Shown here piece after piece: positions 41,144-53,290 of a stretch of 64,000 nucleotides of DNA (the first letter of the stretch is position 1; every line of letters starts with the position of its first letter). The position numbers and the translations under genes were made by a program. The DNA lies in the NCBI GenBank assembly GCA_025603075.1, contig MU626261.1, forward strand, positions 186,001 to 250,000. The letters are read 5' to 3'. This DNA comes from Neoconidiobolus thromboides FSU 785. Taxonomy: Eukaryota > Fungi > Entomophthoromycota. Below the pieces are notes generated by a model. The model made no database searches and was not told where the DNA came from. It was given only the letters and a program-made list of their open reading frames with translations.

Positions 41144-42571
41144 ATGTTTTTTTTATCAACTCTAATATTCATTCTATTCAATTACTTTGTTTTTGCTGAA
41201 AAAGCACCAAGATTATATGCGGGAGGCTGTGGAATATATGCCGATATATTATATTATGCTGGAGGAATTACTGATACAGATAGTATAAATGAAAACTTTG
41301 ACTTTAATCGAAACATATATTCTTTAAACCTTGAGGACGGGTTTAATTTAGATGATAATGACAGTGCAGTGTGGAACATAACATCTAAGGCCGAAGGTCC
41401 AATATCCGATTTTTCTAATGTAGTAGTTAATGAAAAAATGGCTAGTTTATTTGTAGTGGGTGGTAAAAACAGACCGAAAAAGGAAAGTTTTAAAAAATAC
41501 AACATATTAAAAAACAAATGGGAGCTATATCAAACTGCAGTGGATACTTTTCCTTCACCTGATAAGATGGTAGATGGGAAGGAGATGAAGTATTCTTACT
41601 ACTTATCCTCTTTGACTCAAGCTAGTTTTAGCAACAATTTCTACTTCCACTATGGCGGAGTTACCCTTTATCCAAATATGACACGGGTAGATGGGAGAAA
41701 AGATTTATCAATAATAAATGGGGCGGATGGGAAATGGAAAAAGTTGAATGATGGACCAGATTATGTTTCTGATCATGCTGCAGCTGTATATGAAAATAGG
41801 TTATATATTGTTGGCGGTAATAATCCATATACTGCTAAACCAAGACCAATGAGTCAGATATTTGTATATGATTATCCTTCTAATGCTTGGAGTACTGTAA
41901 CTGCGAAAGGAGACATACCTGAGTCGCGTTTTGGACATTCTTCTATATTACTCAAAAGTAAGATGATTATTGCAGGAGGCAGTCTCACTTCTAAATTTGA
42001 TTCTTTTCCGTCACCTTCTATTTATGTATTAGAGCTGAAAAACCCAAAGGAATTAATCTACAAAGAATATCAAGTGAGTAATTTTTTCAATGCTTATTTG
42101 GGTTGCCTTACATATTATAATGATCATTTGATTTATTCATTTGGTTTCCATACCGGCAATATCCTATCAAAAACGCAAATAATAGATATAAAAGATGATC
42201 ATTGGAAGGTTGTAAGATCTTTGCCGGCTAAGTTAAAGGATACTGGTAGTAAAAGCTCAAGTTTACCTACTGTAATAGGTGGATCTATTGGTGGAGTGCT
42301 AGGGTTGTTAACTATTATAACTTTAATATGGTTTATTTTAAAACAAAAATCAAAATCAAGAAATAGAAATAGCTTATCAGGTGATAGCAGTAGCTTAGGG
42401 AATCTAAATCCACCAAATTTACTACAAGGGAATGTATGGATTCCAGCTACACCAGGTGAGCTAAAAGAAGCTAATTTCACATTAAATACAGACACAATGC
42501 TGCCTGGTTTTGATGATGATATTACTAGCCCTGGTGAACAAACTCGGGGTACAAATACTAAAACTACGTAG
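41144..42571 (+). CDS. Intronless secreted Kelch beta-propeller protein with one C-terminal TM helix (family copy D)
   Basis: 475-aa ORF, collinear with copy A: YAGGCG..LYYAGG, FHYGG, LYIVGG, YLGCLTYYNDHLIYSFG, TM VIGGSIGGVLGLLTIITLIWFIL. Confidence 0.85.
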   Translation: MFFLSTLIFILFNYFVFAEKAPRLYAGGCGIYADILYYAGGITDTDSINENFDFNRNIYSLNLEDGFNLDDNDSAVWNITSKAEGPISDFSNVVVNEKMASLFVVGGKNRPKKESFKKYNILKNKWELYQTAVDTFPSPDKMVDGKEMKYSYYLSSLTQASFSNNFYFHYGGVTLYPNMTRVDGRKDLSIINGADGKWKKLNDGPDYVSDHAAAVYENRLYIVGGNNPYTAKPRPMSQIFVYDYPSNAWSTVTAKGDIPESRFGHSSILLKSKMIIAGGSLTSKFDSFPSPSIYVLELKNPKELIYKEYQVSNFFNAYLGCLTYYNDHLIYSFGFHTGNILSKTQIIDIKDDHWKVVRSLPAKLKDTGSKSSSLPTVIGGSIGGVLGLLTIITLIWFILKQKSKSRNRNSLSGDSSSLGNLNPPNLLQGNVWIPATPGELKEANFTLNTDTMLPGFDDDITSPGEQTRGTNTKTT

Positions 42572-43248
42572 GTGCTTTTGTCTTACTTTAGTGATTTTTA
42601 TATTTATATTAAGTTTGTAAGTTACCTAAAAACCGAGCTTTAAATAAAAAGTTGTTTGATGTGTTTAATTTTAAGCTATAATTTGAAACTTTACAATATC
42701 CTTTTATAAAATAGACTCAGGATACATTATAAAGTGCATTAAATTTTGACTAAGTTCAAATATTCAAACCTACATAACCAAACATAAGTTTGCTTTGTAT
42801 AAAATACAATTTAAGTAAAATGAGTATCATTTTGCTATATCTAAAAAAACTAAGATAGAGTTTGTTGATTGCTAAATTACTTGACTGATTCGAACTTATT
42901 TAAAATTTAACGAGTATATATGGATGTAATTTTATTGGTCTTTAAAGTAAAAAATAGTACTTGTTCATAAAGTAGTTTTTTAAAACAGATATGGTACTTG
43001 TTTCTGATTTTTACATATATGAATTAAATTGAATTAATAGCTTTTACTACACACATGTTACTGTTGTTTAATGCTGTATATGAAAGTACAATTTTGTTTC
43101 AAGGAGAAGGTTATTTTGCAATTTAAAACACAGATACATATATTAACACTTTTTGTTTAATACAGCTGACTATGATATTAAGTGTTAAAGAATCTGTTTT
43201 TACAGACCGTTTTTTGGCTTAGCTCAACAAAAACAAATCTGCATGCAT

Positions 43249-43348
43249 TATAAGGTATTTTTATGGTTTCATGAGTTTTTCTATTTAAGTGCTATTTGAG
43301 TGGAAAGGTTATCAGTAAAATCCTCGAACAAGAAAATATGTCCCCATA
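43249..43348 (-). mobile_element. MITE family 1, copy 14
   Basis: Core TAAGTGCTATTTGAGTGGAAAGG...TCCCCA-TA; the left TIR is eroded. Confidence 0.8.
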
Positions 43349-43699
43349 TGTTGCTTTCGCTGCCTATTTATTATCATAGTCACCTTCATATTTCATAAAG
43401 GTTGTTGTATTATGATATTTATTGTAGTTCTTGATTTTTGTTAGCTTGTTAGAAACTAATATATCACTCTTTTTAGTTTTTTATAAGAATACAAAAAGGC
43501 ATACCTTTTTAAAATCTCAAAGGCTACTTACTATCCATCTATAAAAACTGTGAAAGTAACAACCAATTTTGATTAAACTAGTGCTTTAAGGTAGATACAA
43601 AAGCGACAGCACAAAAAAATATTAGTAGACATTTATATAATATAATAAATGAACTTTCGTATTTATTCATCTAATAAATGAATTCATTTAAACCCTTCT

Positions 43700-45210
43700 T
43701 ATTTTTTGCCTTTATAAGTATAGATATAGATATAGCATTTACTGAGGGTTATCGTACAGAGCTTCATACATGAGAATAGAGAGTAATAAACGGAACATTG
43801 TACTATGTTGACGAACTAATTATATTATAAAGTGATAAAAGCATTGTTGGAAAGAGTACAATAATAGTTGATCTAAATCTCAAAGATGGGTTTGAGCTTT
43901 TGGGACTAACTGGGTTCGATGGGGATCATGTACATTGTCATATGTACTAATTACTCAATTTCCTAGTATAACAACGCATCGACAAACAAATTAAATCTTT
44001 ATGTTTGGTGGTAGAAACATTCTCAAAAACAAGAGTTTCCAAATGTTTAATATACAAAATAGAAAATGGGATCTCAATAAGAAAGTAACTAATAAATTTG
44101 ATACTAAAGCTGGATTAAATTCAGAAACACTGGAGACCTTGCACTGTCCATTAATCTTGTTCAGGGTGATCTAAATCACAACCCATTCTTTTATTATGGT
44201 AGGAAAATTTTAACTTTAGGAAAAGATAAAACGGATTCAAGAGGTACAGTATCAACATTTAAAGTCATAAATAATGCTTAAAACCAATCACAATCTAATG
44301 GAATCAAAGTAAAAGTACATACTGCAGTAGTTTATAAAAGAAAGATGTATATTGTAAGAGGCATCGGAATATAAAAGAATAAAAATAGAAGTACGGGATA
44401 TATAATAATGTATAATTGGACCAAAAGCATATATTCGGGCGTCAATGCAAAGGCAATATTATAGAAAATCGGGTTGCTCGCTCTTTAGTGTCAATTGAGA
44501 GCAAGATGGCTATTACAGATGAAAGTATTAGTCTTGATTCAATAACATTTTCGTTTATCAATTTTTACTTTAACTTGATAATTCTAGTAGGTCAGTTTAG
44601 AAAGAATAAAAGATAAGTGACTTTACATTGACTTAAAGTGACTGTTTAGCCTATTGCAATGAGCATTTGGTTTACTTTTTTAGATTATGTGGGTCAGTTA
44701 TAAACGAAATAAGCATATGAGGATGTTTTTTTTTGCTTTCATTACTTTTTCCATCTTTTAAGCACTATTTGAGTGGAAAAATTATTAGCAGAATTCTTAA
44801 ACATAAAAATACATCCCCATATTATTCACGCGAAAGGATATAAGTAGGAGTACATAAAACTTCTGCTAACTCAAGATGTTTCAAGGTAAAAAAAAATAAT
44901 GAAACAAGTAACAATTTTCCTGTTATAATGGAGATTTTATATAGTATGTAATAGTGCTAACATTTTTCATTATAGCAATATGGTATATAAAAGTCTGTAA
45001 ATCAAAAGGCAAGCCTATTTGGATGAGCTAGTAGTAGTACTGATGATAAAAACAAACCAAATTAAACTAACGGGTTAAACCCATACCTTTATTAAATAGG
45101 AGTTTATGGTCTGATGACAAGTTCATGAAGTAAAAAATCCATATTTCAGCTTGTTTACTACTAAACTTTCCATATGTTGATGATGATTTATTTTTTTCTT
45201 ATTGGAAGCC
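43700..45210 (+). pseudogene. Kelch-TM family pseudogene (copy E), with MITE insertion
   Basis: Fragments NGTLYYV, LNLKDGF, SLFMFGG, HTAVVYKRKMYIV, EHLVY and a tail resembling ..FSL..LP.VDDD. Many stops and frameshifts. Confidence 0.75.
44716..44821 (-). mobile_element. MITE family 1, copy 15 (inside Kelch pseudogene E)
   Basis: TA-TGAGGATGTTTTT...AAAAATACATCCCCA-TA. Confidence 0.9.
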
Positions 45211-45833
45211 TCAAAGACTCAGTAGTAGAACAATAGTTAAACTTCAGTCCTCAGATTAACCTGCTATTCTCTTACGTTAAACTTAATATTAAAAGGAAAG
45301 TTTTTAATATATTTCACCTTAATAAAAAGATTATGAATAACATTAATAAATTTTGACAAATTTGTTATTTAAGAATGGAGCTTGAGTGGATTCTTTAATC
45401 TAAAATATTTATTTTGAGATTGCCCATACAAAACATTGAGCTATATTTATTTTTCAAATATCATTTGGAAGTATCTTTTGTTTTACAATCTTGTTCACTT
45501 TTTCCATTTAATTTAAGAAATTATTTGAACTTATTCAAAAACATTGAAATTAATCTCAAAAATAGCAGTTTTATATTAATTTATGCGATTTTAATAACTT
45601 ATTGTTATCAGATAGTTAACATTAGAAATGATGTCGACATCTATGAGCTAATAAATACTGCCCAAACATTGCTGTAATTTTTCAGTCAATAGATGATTGG
45701 AATTGAGTTAGAATAATGACTTGGACAAATCAAAAGTCATTACAAAGAGTTACGTAATAATTAAACGAATATAAAAATTAAAAAAGACAAGATTTAATTG
45801 TATTATTGTTTATACTGTTAGATATTTATAAGT

Positions 45834-46832
45834 ATGTTTACTCGTGCCTGTCGTCAATTTAAAATCAGTACTTTAAGTAAAGCCTCTACGAAGTGTTTAA
45901 TCTCAAAACCATTACGTCAACCAACCCGTTTCTATTCTTCAGCTAATAAGCCAGAAGAGTCAAATGATAAACTTTGGATGGTAAGTTTGTTTTAAAGTAT
46001 GGTCAATTTATATTAATATCTTTAGATCGTTGGTGCTATAATTTTAGCTGGTGGGGTAATTTTGTTTATTTATTATCTTATTTTTTTCTTATTCTTTTAG
46101 TTATTCTACGTTTCGTCACCACCATCGGACAAGCATACTCATGGCCACCACACTGCTGAGAAAGTTGCTCATAAAGTAGAAGAAATTAAAGACAAAGCCA
46201 ATGATGTAGTCGGAGACCTTAAGGAAAAGGCTCAAAGAAAGTCTTCTGCTACTGAAAAGGCAGAGTCTGTTGCTAAGGATGTAAAGGATAAAGCCTCAGA
46301 GAAATATAATCAGACCAAAGACGGGTTGCTAGGATCTGCTGAGAATAAAGTTCATGAAATTCAAGAAAAAATCGCTAACAAAGTTGAAGACTTAAAAGAG
46401 AATGCTCTAAAAGTTCAACACGGTATAGTTGACAAAGTTTATGACGTCAAAGAAACTATTGAGGGAAAGGTTGGTCAAGTAAAGGATGCTGCCTATGAGA
46501 AGGCTGAAGAAGCAAAAGATGCTGCTTATGGAAAAGTTGAAGAAGCAAAAGACGCTGCTTATGGAAAAGTTGAAGAAGCAAAAGATGCTGCTTACGGAAA
46601 AGTTGAAGAAGCAAAGAATGCTGTTTATGAGAAGGCTGGACAAGCAAAGGATGCTGCTTATAACAAAGCCGAGGAAATAAAAAGTACTGCTAGTAATAAT
46701 ATTGAAAGTGCTAAAGTTAGAGGAGAAGAAATTAAAGGAGATGCAGCTGATAAGGCAAATGAATTAAATAGGAAAGCAAAAGCTGCTGCTGAGGATGTTA
46801 AAGAAAAGATTAACTCTGTGAAAGGTAACTAA
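45834..46832 (+). CDS. LEA group-3-like 11-mer repeat protein with a predicted mitochondrial presequence and one TM helix, 3 exons
   Basis: MFTRACRQFKISTLSKASTKCLISKPLRQPTRFYSS..., then WM|IVGAIILAGG|LFYV (TM). Six tandem 11-mers of type DAAYGKVEEAK (33-bp repeats, about 46480-46680). Exon 3 (from 46101) is in frame with the 46326 ORF. Confidence 0.8.
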
Positions 46833-47056
46833 AGGATATTTGGTCTATATTCTAACCATCTTTGAATAATTAAAATAAATTTTTTAAAAGATATTAATTT
46901 GTGTACACTAATGAGTTGTGAAAAATCTACTAAAATTATAATTGAACTATCTTAATTCTTAATCATATCAAAATTATCTTGTAATAAACACTGGAAACTA
47001 AAAGTATATATCACAATGTTAGTTTATTAGCAATACAAAGTAAAAATATCCTACCA

Positions 47057-47128
47057 AGGGCGCACCCGGATTTGAACCAGGGACCTATCGATCTGCAGTC
47101 GATTGCTCTACCACTGAGCTATACGCCC
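47057..47128 (-). tRNA. tRNA-Cys (GCA), intronless
   Basis: The minus strand reads GGGCGTATAGCTCAGTGGTAGAGCAATCGACTGCAGATCGATAGGTCCCTGGTTCAAATCCGGGTGCGCCCT. Canonical cloverleaf, GCA anticodon, U73 discriminator, and a T-run downstream. Confidence 0.97.
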
Positions 47129-47199
47129 AAACTCGAAGTTGAGATCTCAATTGAGAAATAATATATAATTATGTAATTATTTTGAAGTTGAATATAATC

Positions 47200-47299
47200 T
47201 ATGGGGCTGTTTTTAGTTTCACTATTTTTCCATTTTTAAGCGCTATTTACGTGGAAAAATTGTCAGTAAAATTCTTAAATACAAAAATACATCCCCATA
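47200..47299 (-). mobile_element. MITE family 1, copy 16 (~70 bp upstream of tRNA-Cys)
   Basis: TA-TGGGGCTGTTTTT...AAAAATACATCCCCA-TA. Confidence 0.9.
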
Positions 47300-47726
47300 T
47301 TATATATTTTATTAGTAGTTCACAGTTATTTAGTCAAGGAAAATATATATACAATATCATCGATAAATAAGAAGTCTTATTGAATAAGGGCTTTTAAATA
47401 GTAGCATTTATCAACATTTTTACTTTTAATTTATCTTCATAAATTTACAATGATAAGAAATTTATTCTTAAATAGATTTATTATAATTTTAAACTAAATT
47501 AACTAGGAACTAATCTAAATAATTAGTCCAAAAAGTACTAGACTAGAGAAATATGTTATTGGTATTGTGATATTATATTGTTTTTTAAAGATAGATTACC
47601 TGTTCTATTTTATTTTTTATATTGGTTTATAACTATATATATTTATACTTTATAATTTTAATATTATTGCTTATAGTTTTCAATAACATTCCTAGTTTCA
47701 AGTTGCTATCTATCAATATTTTACAA

Positions 47727-47832
47727 TGTTGAGAATATATTTCTGTTTAGGAATTTTATTAACAAATTTTCCGCTTAAATAGCGCTTAAAAAGATGGAGA
47801 AAGTAATGAAATCAAAAAAAAGCACCCTCATG
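47727..47832 (+). mobile_element. MITE family 1, copy 17
   Basis: Core TTTTCCGCTTAAATAGCGCTTAAAAAGATGGAGAAAGTAATGAAATC with eroded TIRs. Confidence 0.82.
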
Positions 47833-48522
47833 TTATTTTTTTTTAATTGGTTAGTTATTATATTCTATGGATTCTATTTGACTTTAAAATAGCAGTTTTA
47901 AGTGACATATAGTACGTATTCCTTTAAAGTTATTAGTAGAAGTAGACCGTCTATAACTTCAAAAGGATATTTTTAAGGTAAATATAAATCCATCTGGCTT
48001 AGATCATTTAACACTCAATTTTAATATAGATACATCAGCCTACAGCATTGTTTTCAAGAATAATGATCTGAATGCTTAGCCGTCATTTTAGTGACTAATT
48101 TAATATCTTTTTTCAAAACGATCGAGTCAAAAGAAAATAAAAAATGAGTTAAACTAAAAAAATTTAAGTCCAAATATGCACTAAATGCTCGTTTAAAAAT
48201 AAAGTTTAGATCTCAAAGCCACAAATAATCCAACAATACAGATTAGTAATTTTAATAGTTTCTATATAACATTCATTTAAACTTAAACTATATTAGTTTT
48301 TTGACCCTTAATTTTTTTGACTCAATCATTTTTGTGACTTTCATTTAGGTAAATTTAATTATTCATCATTTTTAGACCAATAATTTAATAAAGTCATCAT
48401 TTAAATAGTCTTGAATTCACTTAGCTCTTCTAACTTAAATTTCAACAACCAAAAAAGCTCGAAAATTAACAGAAGTATCGAATAAATAGCTTTGAAAGCT
48501 AAACATCATAAGGCTATAGTTT

Positions 48523-49818
48523 ATGGAAAAGAGTTTAATTAAACCAAAACAGCAATACCATCTTTCAGGATATGAAAGTTATTTCTTCAAACCGAAGTTG
48601 CTCCCGAAGCACTTTATTTATAATTTAGAGTCCAATCAAGCCACTTGGACTCAAATTCTTGAATTGACTAGGGAGTTATTCGATAGTGATCGCAATATTG
48701 TAATATTGATCAATTATGATTATATTATTAAATTCCTTGGAGAGTTTAATATTTATTGGCATCGTTTTAATTTAATATCGCAGTTTGAGATACCTAATTT
48801 AGAGGAAACAATAAAAGGAATTAAAGACAAAACTAGCAACGGAAAGTTGGCAAAAGTAAAAATTTGTAACTTATATTACTATAAACAATTAGAGTTGCAT
48901 TCTAGTATATATACTGAGTTCTTGGAGCAGTTTCCGTCAACTTTGGAGCAGGTGCATATTCTTAAAATATTAAAACAGTTTGTAAAAACAATTGACTTAC
49001 TTGGAGTCATAAATGAAAAGTTAAAAGTTGAAACTAACACTTTTAATTTTAAAAAAATATTAACCCTTATAACAGAAATTAAGGGCCAGTTTAAGAAACA
49101 ATCAAAATCTGGCGAGAGTAGACTAGCTAAAGTCATCTCGGAAGCTGGGAGAACCTTATTGAACGATATTCTAACGTATTGTAATAGTTTAATAAATCGT
49201 GAAGACATTCGTACAAAGAAGAAGGTGTATTTTTTAAATGAGGATCTGGCTAAAGACATCCGATTCTCTTTTTTGTGGAATACAAAAAGTCGTTCAGTTA
49301 TAACTTGGGGGAAGCCAAAAAAATATGAAATATATACTGATGCTTCGCTTAAACATAGCACTTTTGGTTCCTTTTCAGGAGTCTTAAGCACTCGAGCTGG
49401 GTTCATTTTGGAACACTGGAGCTATCAACTCAAAGAAGTTGTACCTTCTAGTAACTTTGTAGAATTATGTGGCGTTATATTTGCTTTGTTTAAAGTCAAA
49501 AAAAGTAGGATGGCTACTTTTATTTTAACCGATTCTTCCTATGTAATCAATCATTTTGAAAAATTTTATGACATCAATCCTGTTACTAGAAAAAGACCTT
49601 GTAAAAGTACATTGGACTATAAGATACTTATGTGCTTAGGATTGGATATTCCAAGTACCTTGGTTAAAGTTAAAGGACACGCTAATACACTTGGTAATTT
49701 ATTTGTTGATCGATCTGCTAGTTATGGTCATATTAAAGGGGAGATAATTTCTTGGGAAGAATGGTGCACCCAAACCCTTAAATCGTATGGATATTTTAAA
49801 AAAAGAGTACACAAATAA
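48523..49818 (+). CDS. Intronless RNase H (type 1 fold) protein with a long N-terminal extension
   Basis: The C-terminal part has all four acidic catalytic positions and the His loop: IYTDAS, SNFVELCGV, ILTDSSYV, VKVKGHANTLGNLFVDRSA. Confidence 0.8.
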   Translation: MEKSLIKPKQQYHLSGYESYFFKPKLLPKHFIYNLESNQATWTQILELTRELFDSDRNIVILINYDYIIKFLGEFNIYWHRFNLISQFEIPNLEETIKGIKDKTSNGKLAKVKICNLYYYKQLELHSSIYTEFLEQFPSTLEQVHILKILKQFVKTIDLLGVINEKLKVETNTFNFKKILTLITEIKGQFKKQSKSGESRLAKVISEAGRTLLNDILTYCNSLINREDIRTKKKVYFLNEDLAKDIRFSFLWNTKSRSVITWGKPKKYEIYTDASLKHSTFGSFSGVLSTRAGFILEHWSYQLKEVVPSSNFVELCGVIFALFKVKKSRMATFILTDSSYVINHFEKFYDINPVTRKRPCKSTLDYKILMCLGLDIPSTLVKVKGHANTLGNLFVDRSASYGHIKGEIISWEEWCTQTLKSYGYFKKRVHK

Positions 49819-49915
49819 ACTTAAAGTTAAGTTGGATGTTTTATTATTTACTGCTATAATTATTTATGATTGAAATTTTAAAAAAGTAAAAGGTAATGTA
49901 TAAATTTAATTTATT

Positions 49916-51086
49916 CTAACACCATTTTGCAATAGAGCATTCTATCCAGCTACTCATATCAACTTCTTCTATATTTAATGCTTTTACGCAGTTGTTCATC
50001 TTAGTTCTATTAATAGCCATCACATTAGCTGGGTATTCTACTTTACTAAACCAAGCTTCAACATCTTCTGAAGAGTATTTAAAATGATTTTTAACAAACT
50101 CTTTGGAACTGATTTCATCATCTTTAAAAGCAGTCACTATTTTGTTTAAAGCATTCATAAATAATCCTAGTTCGCTAAGATATTTGGTTATAATGGATCG
50201 ATGTGCTACTATCAAAAAAGAAGGCCATGGAGCTACTACTTGCCCAATTTTTTTTAATGTATTACTATCGTATAATGGCTATAAATAATTAACATTGATT
50301 TGATATTTTTTTTAAAATGAGTTACTTTAGTAGTAAAATGTTCCCATAAAAATAAGTCAGCTGCTTCATTTTGTACTCCATTAGACAAACCATCAATATT
50401 ATTTAAAATTTCATATTTTAAGTTTTTCTCATCCCATCCTGTCTCTTGTGCCATTACTTGTGCCATTACATGACTTCCGCTTCCTATTCTACTAATTCCA
50501 AAAACTGGATTTTTTATATCCTTTACATCATCAAATTTACGGTTTTTTCCTGTAGATGCAGCCCAACCTAAAAATTAGTTATACGTTCAATTAATTAAGA
50601 ACAAGTTTACATAAGGATGACTCAACGTAAGTTCCCAAAGCTATAATATCTTGATCCCCTTTTAATTTTGCTAATTTTCATTTTAGCATCTTTGTTGTAA
50701 GTTGTAATAATATTACCTGATACAAAACCCTCAGTTACTACAAAAGCAATGTCTATTTCGTTATTATGGAGTTTTTTTAACATCTTTTTAATTAATAAAT
50801 AAATGATAAACATATTCATGTAGATAGATTACTTCTCCAGTCCCAGCTAAAAATCAATGTTAAAGTTTAATGAATTAATGAATTATTACCAGGACAATTT
50901 AAAACATTAACATTCAGGTTGTTTTTTAAAAATTCATTTTCTTCTTTATTGATCACTTGATATACTGGGCTCGAGAAGTGTTCTGGGACTATAGTAGTTT
51001 ATCATTATTAATAACAGCGTTATCAGTTGTATTAGCATATCCTCACCTAACCCTACTTTTAATTCTATCTTATCTGTTACCATCAT
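49916..51086 (-). CDS. Periplasmic-binding-fold type 2 protein (NMT1/THI5-like, Ca3427-like), multi-exon
   Basis: KVGLVPEHFSSP, CPGGTGE, DIAFVVTEGFV, LTLGWAASTG, FGISRIGSGSHVMAQVMA and ADLFLWEHFTTK...PWPSF. Confidence 0.85.
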
Positions 51087-51531
51087 ATTTTAAAGAACTA
51101 ATTTTTCGATTTTGTTAAATTTCAATAATGTCCAATTAAATATTCGCTTAATTAAATGGGTTAAACTAAACTACAAAAGCGAAAGTTTAATTAAAATATT
51201 TTGATATTTTTTTCACTAATAATTTTTAAACTACAGTAATATATATGATATAAAAAATTATTCAAATACAAATTTAACAAAAATTAAATTTCTAATAAGA
51301 AAAGCTTTATAACCAAACTAGCTAAAATAATATCTCAAAAAGGAAGCAGATTTATATATAGCTATAAATTAAGATGATTAATTGCTCAAGGAGGACTATT
51401 GAAAGTAAGCAGCTATCATTTGTAAAACTAAAATTAACTTTGAATTTTATTTTTAATATAAATATATGTAAAAGTTTTTACATTAATATTTTTTAATCAC
51501 AAACCTTGATTATAAAAGCAAATTTATAATA

Positions 51532-52834
51532 CTAGACAGTAAGAAGCCAACAGGAAAAGAGTTGGATAGCAGCAATACCAAACAATAAATTCACTCTACG
51601 TTTCCTAAACGCATTTCCAACCGACATTGAAGACTCTGGTAATACTATATGACGTAAAGAGCGTAACTAAAAAATTAGCCTTTTTAATTAAATAAGGAAA
51701 ATAAAGTTACCAAAAAGAAGCCAGTAGCCATACAAGTATAAATGAAGGCAACATAAAATATCCATTTATATTCGAATGCTAACTTACCAACCAAAATAGA
51801 TACGATTATTCTATAAATGGTTAGTAATAAATCAAATATTGGTAATGAATTTACCCAATAAACTTATAACCACAATAAGATATCAAATCCAAAAGTTGGG
51901 TATCGGAAGTAACAGAAAAAAGATAACATCCTAGTTTAAGTAACATAACTTCAAAGAAAATGACGCCTAAGGCAGTAGATGCTGTTTTTCCCAAAAGTTC
52001 CGGTTTAAAACTAAAAGATGAATAGAATATATGAATAAGCAAAATAAAACTACCTTTCTCTACCAGCTGCAACGCCAACCACTAAAATATAAGTTACGAA
52101 CGCAGTTACTGTTTAAATTTAAATTTTGGATTTTTTCAATTAAGTAAAGCATTTTTACCTGGGATGTATAAATCTGGGGCATTGATATCCTCTCTTGGAG
52201 GACAATAGCTCTCAATTTGTCCATTGTTTTCTGTTGTTCTAAGTTTACGTGACCATGACTAATGAAATTAATATGACCGATACTTAAAAAGACTAGATCT
52301 TACCTTATGGCTGAAAGGAAACAATAGTAAACGCAATTTATTTAAAACATAACCGTTGCTGACGTTAAAGTAGTGTTTCAATTTTGGTATATTTATGAAT
52401 CTTCCTACCTATTTTAATGTAATCAACTAATTTATAGAATATTTTGTCTTTTTTACGTTTTGTTCCATGTATTTTGAACCAGCTTGCATGGCATTTTGAC
52501 CCAATTGAACCCCTAACTGAGCAGCAGCCGAGTTTTGGAACTGAGAAAAGTTTTCAAATCCTCCTTGAAGATTGATGAATTGGTCCATATTTTGACCATT
52601 ATTTCCTTGCTGATAATTTTGATACTGGCCTTGTTGTGCTGGATTAGGAGTAGGATAGGGTTGTTTATTATTGTAATTAACTTGACTTTCGTTTGGATAT
52701 TCTTGATATTGGCTGTCCCAACCTCGACTATCGGCTTGTACAGGTCTTACTGGGACCGGTTGTTGAATCCCAGTTTGATCATAGTATTGGTTATTGTCAT
52801 AGCCATCCTTTTCTTGTCCATATCCTTGATACAT
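51532..52834 (-). CDS. YIF1: Yif1 COPII membrane protein, multi-exon
   Basis: Q-rich N-terminus, LKYYFNVSNGYVLNKLRLLLFPFSH, PREDINAPDLYIP, FKPELLGKTASTAL, LDLISYCGYKF, FLLRSLRHIVLP...LLTV*. Confidence 0.9.
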
Positions 52835-53290
52835 TTTTACTAATTTGATTTAAAAAGTTTGTTGTTTTGTTTGATTTTCTTTTTTTTAGATTTTATGCAT
52901 CATTCAATCTTGATGGCAAATCTTTATTGGACTATTTGAAAACTAAAACTCTCAATCTTTTTTGCAAATGACAATATTAAGCAGATTTTTAAATACTAGA
53001 ATTGTTGGGCAAATCCATTTAATAAGGATAAAGAACTGCTACATCGTTTGTTTTTTGCTCTAACTTCTATCCTTTAGCATAGACCATGTTTACTTTTGCA
53101 GTCAATAGCTCATTTCTTTAGACAAAATATTATTATTTATAAAATGACTTATATAAAAAATCTGTCAAGGCTTTAAGGTTGATTAATTTAATTTAAACTC
53201 CTAGTTTTTACAACTAATGGTTAAAAACGTGACCCATTTTAATAAAATTCAAAAAGCAATAATTTTAAAAAATATATATCAATCTTTTTT

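Noticed and set aside
46480-46680. 33-bp tandem repeat as a non-coding repeat or CRISPR
   Set aside because: It has no spacers and is in frame inside the LEA-like CDS (11-aa units). The overlapping ORFs 46407-46643, 46456-46647 and 46486-46680 are shadows of this repeat.
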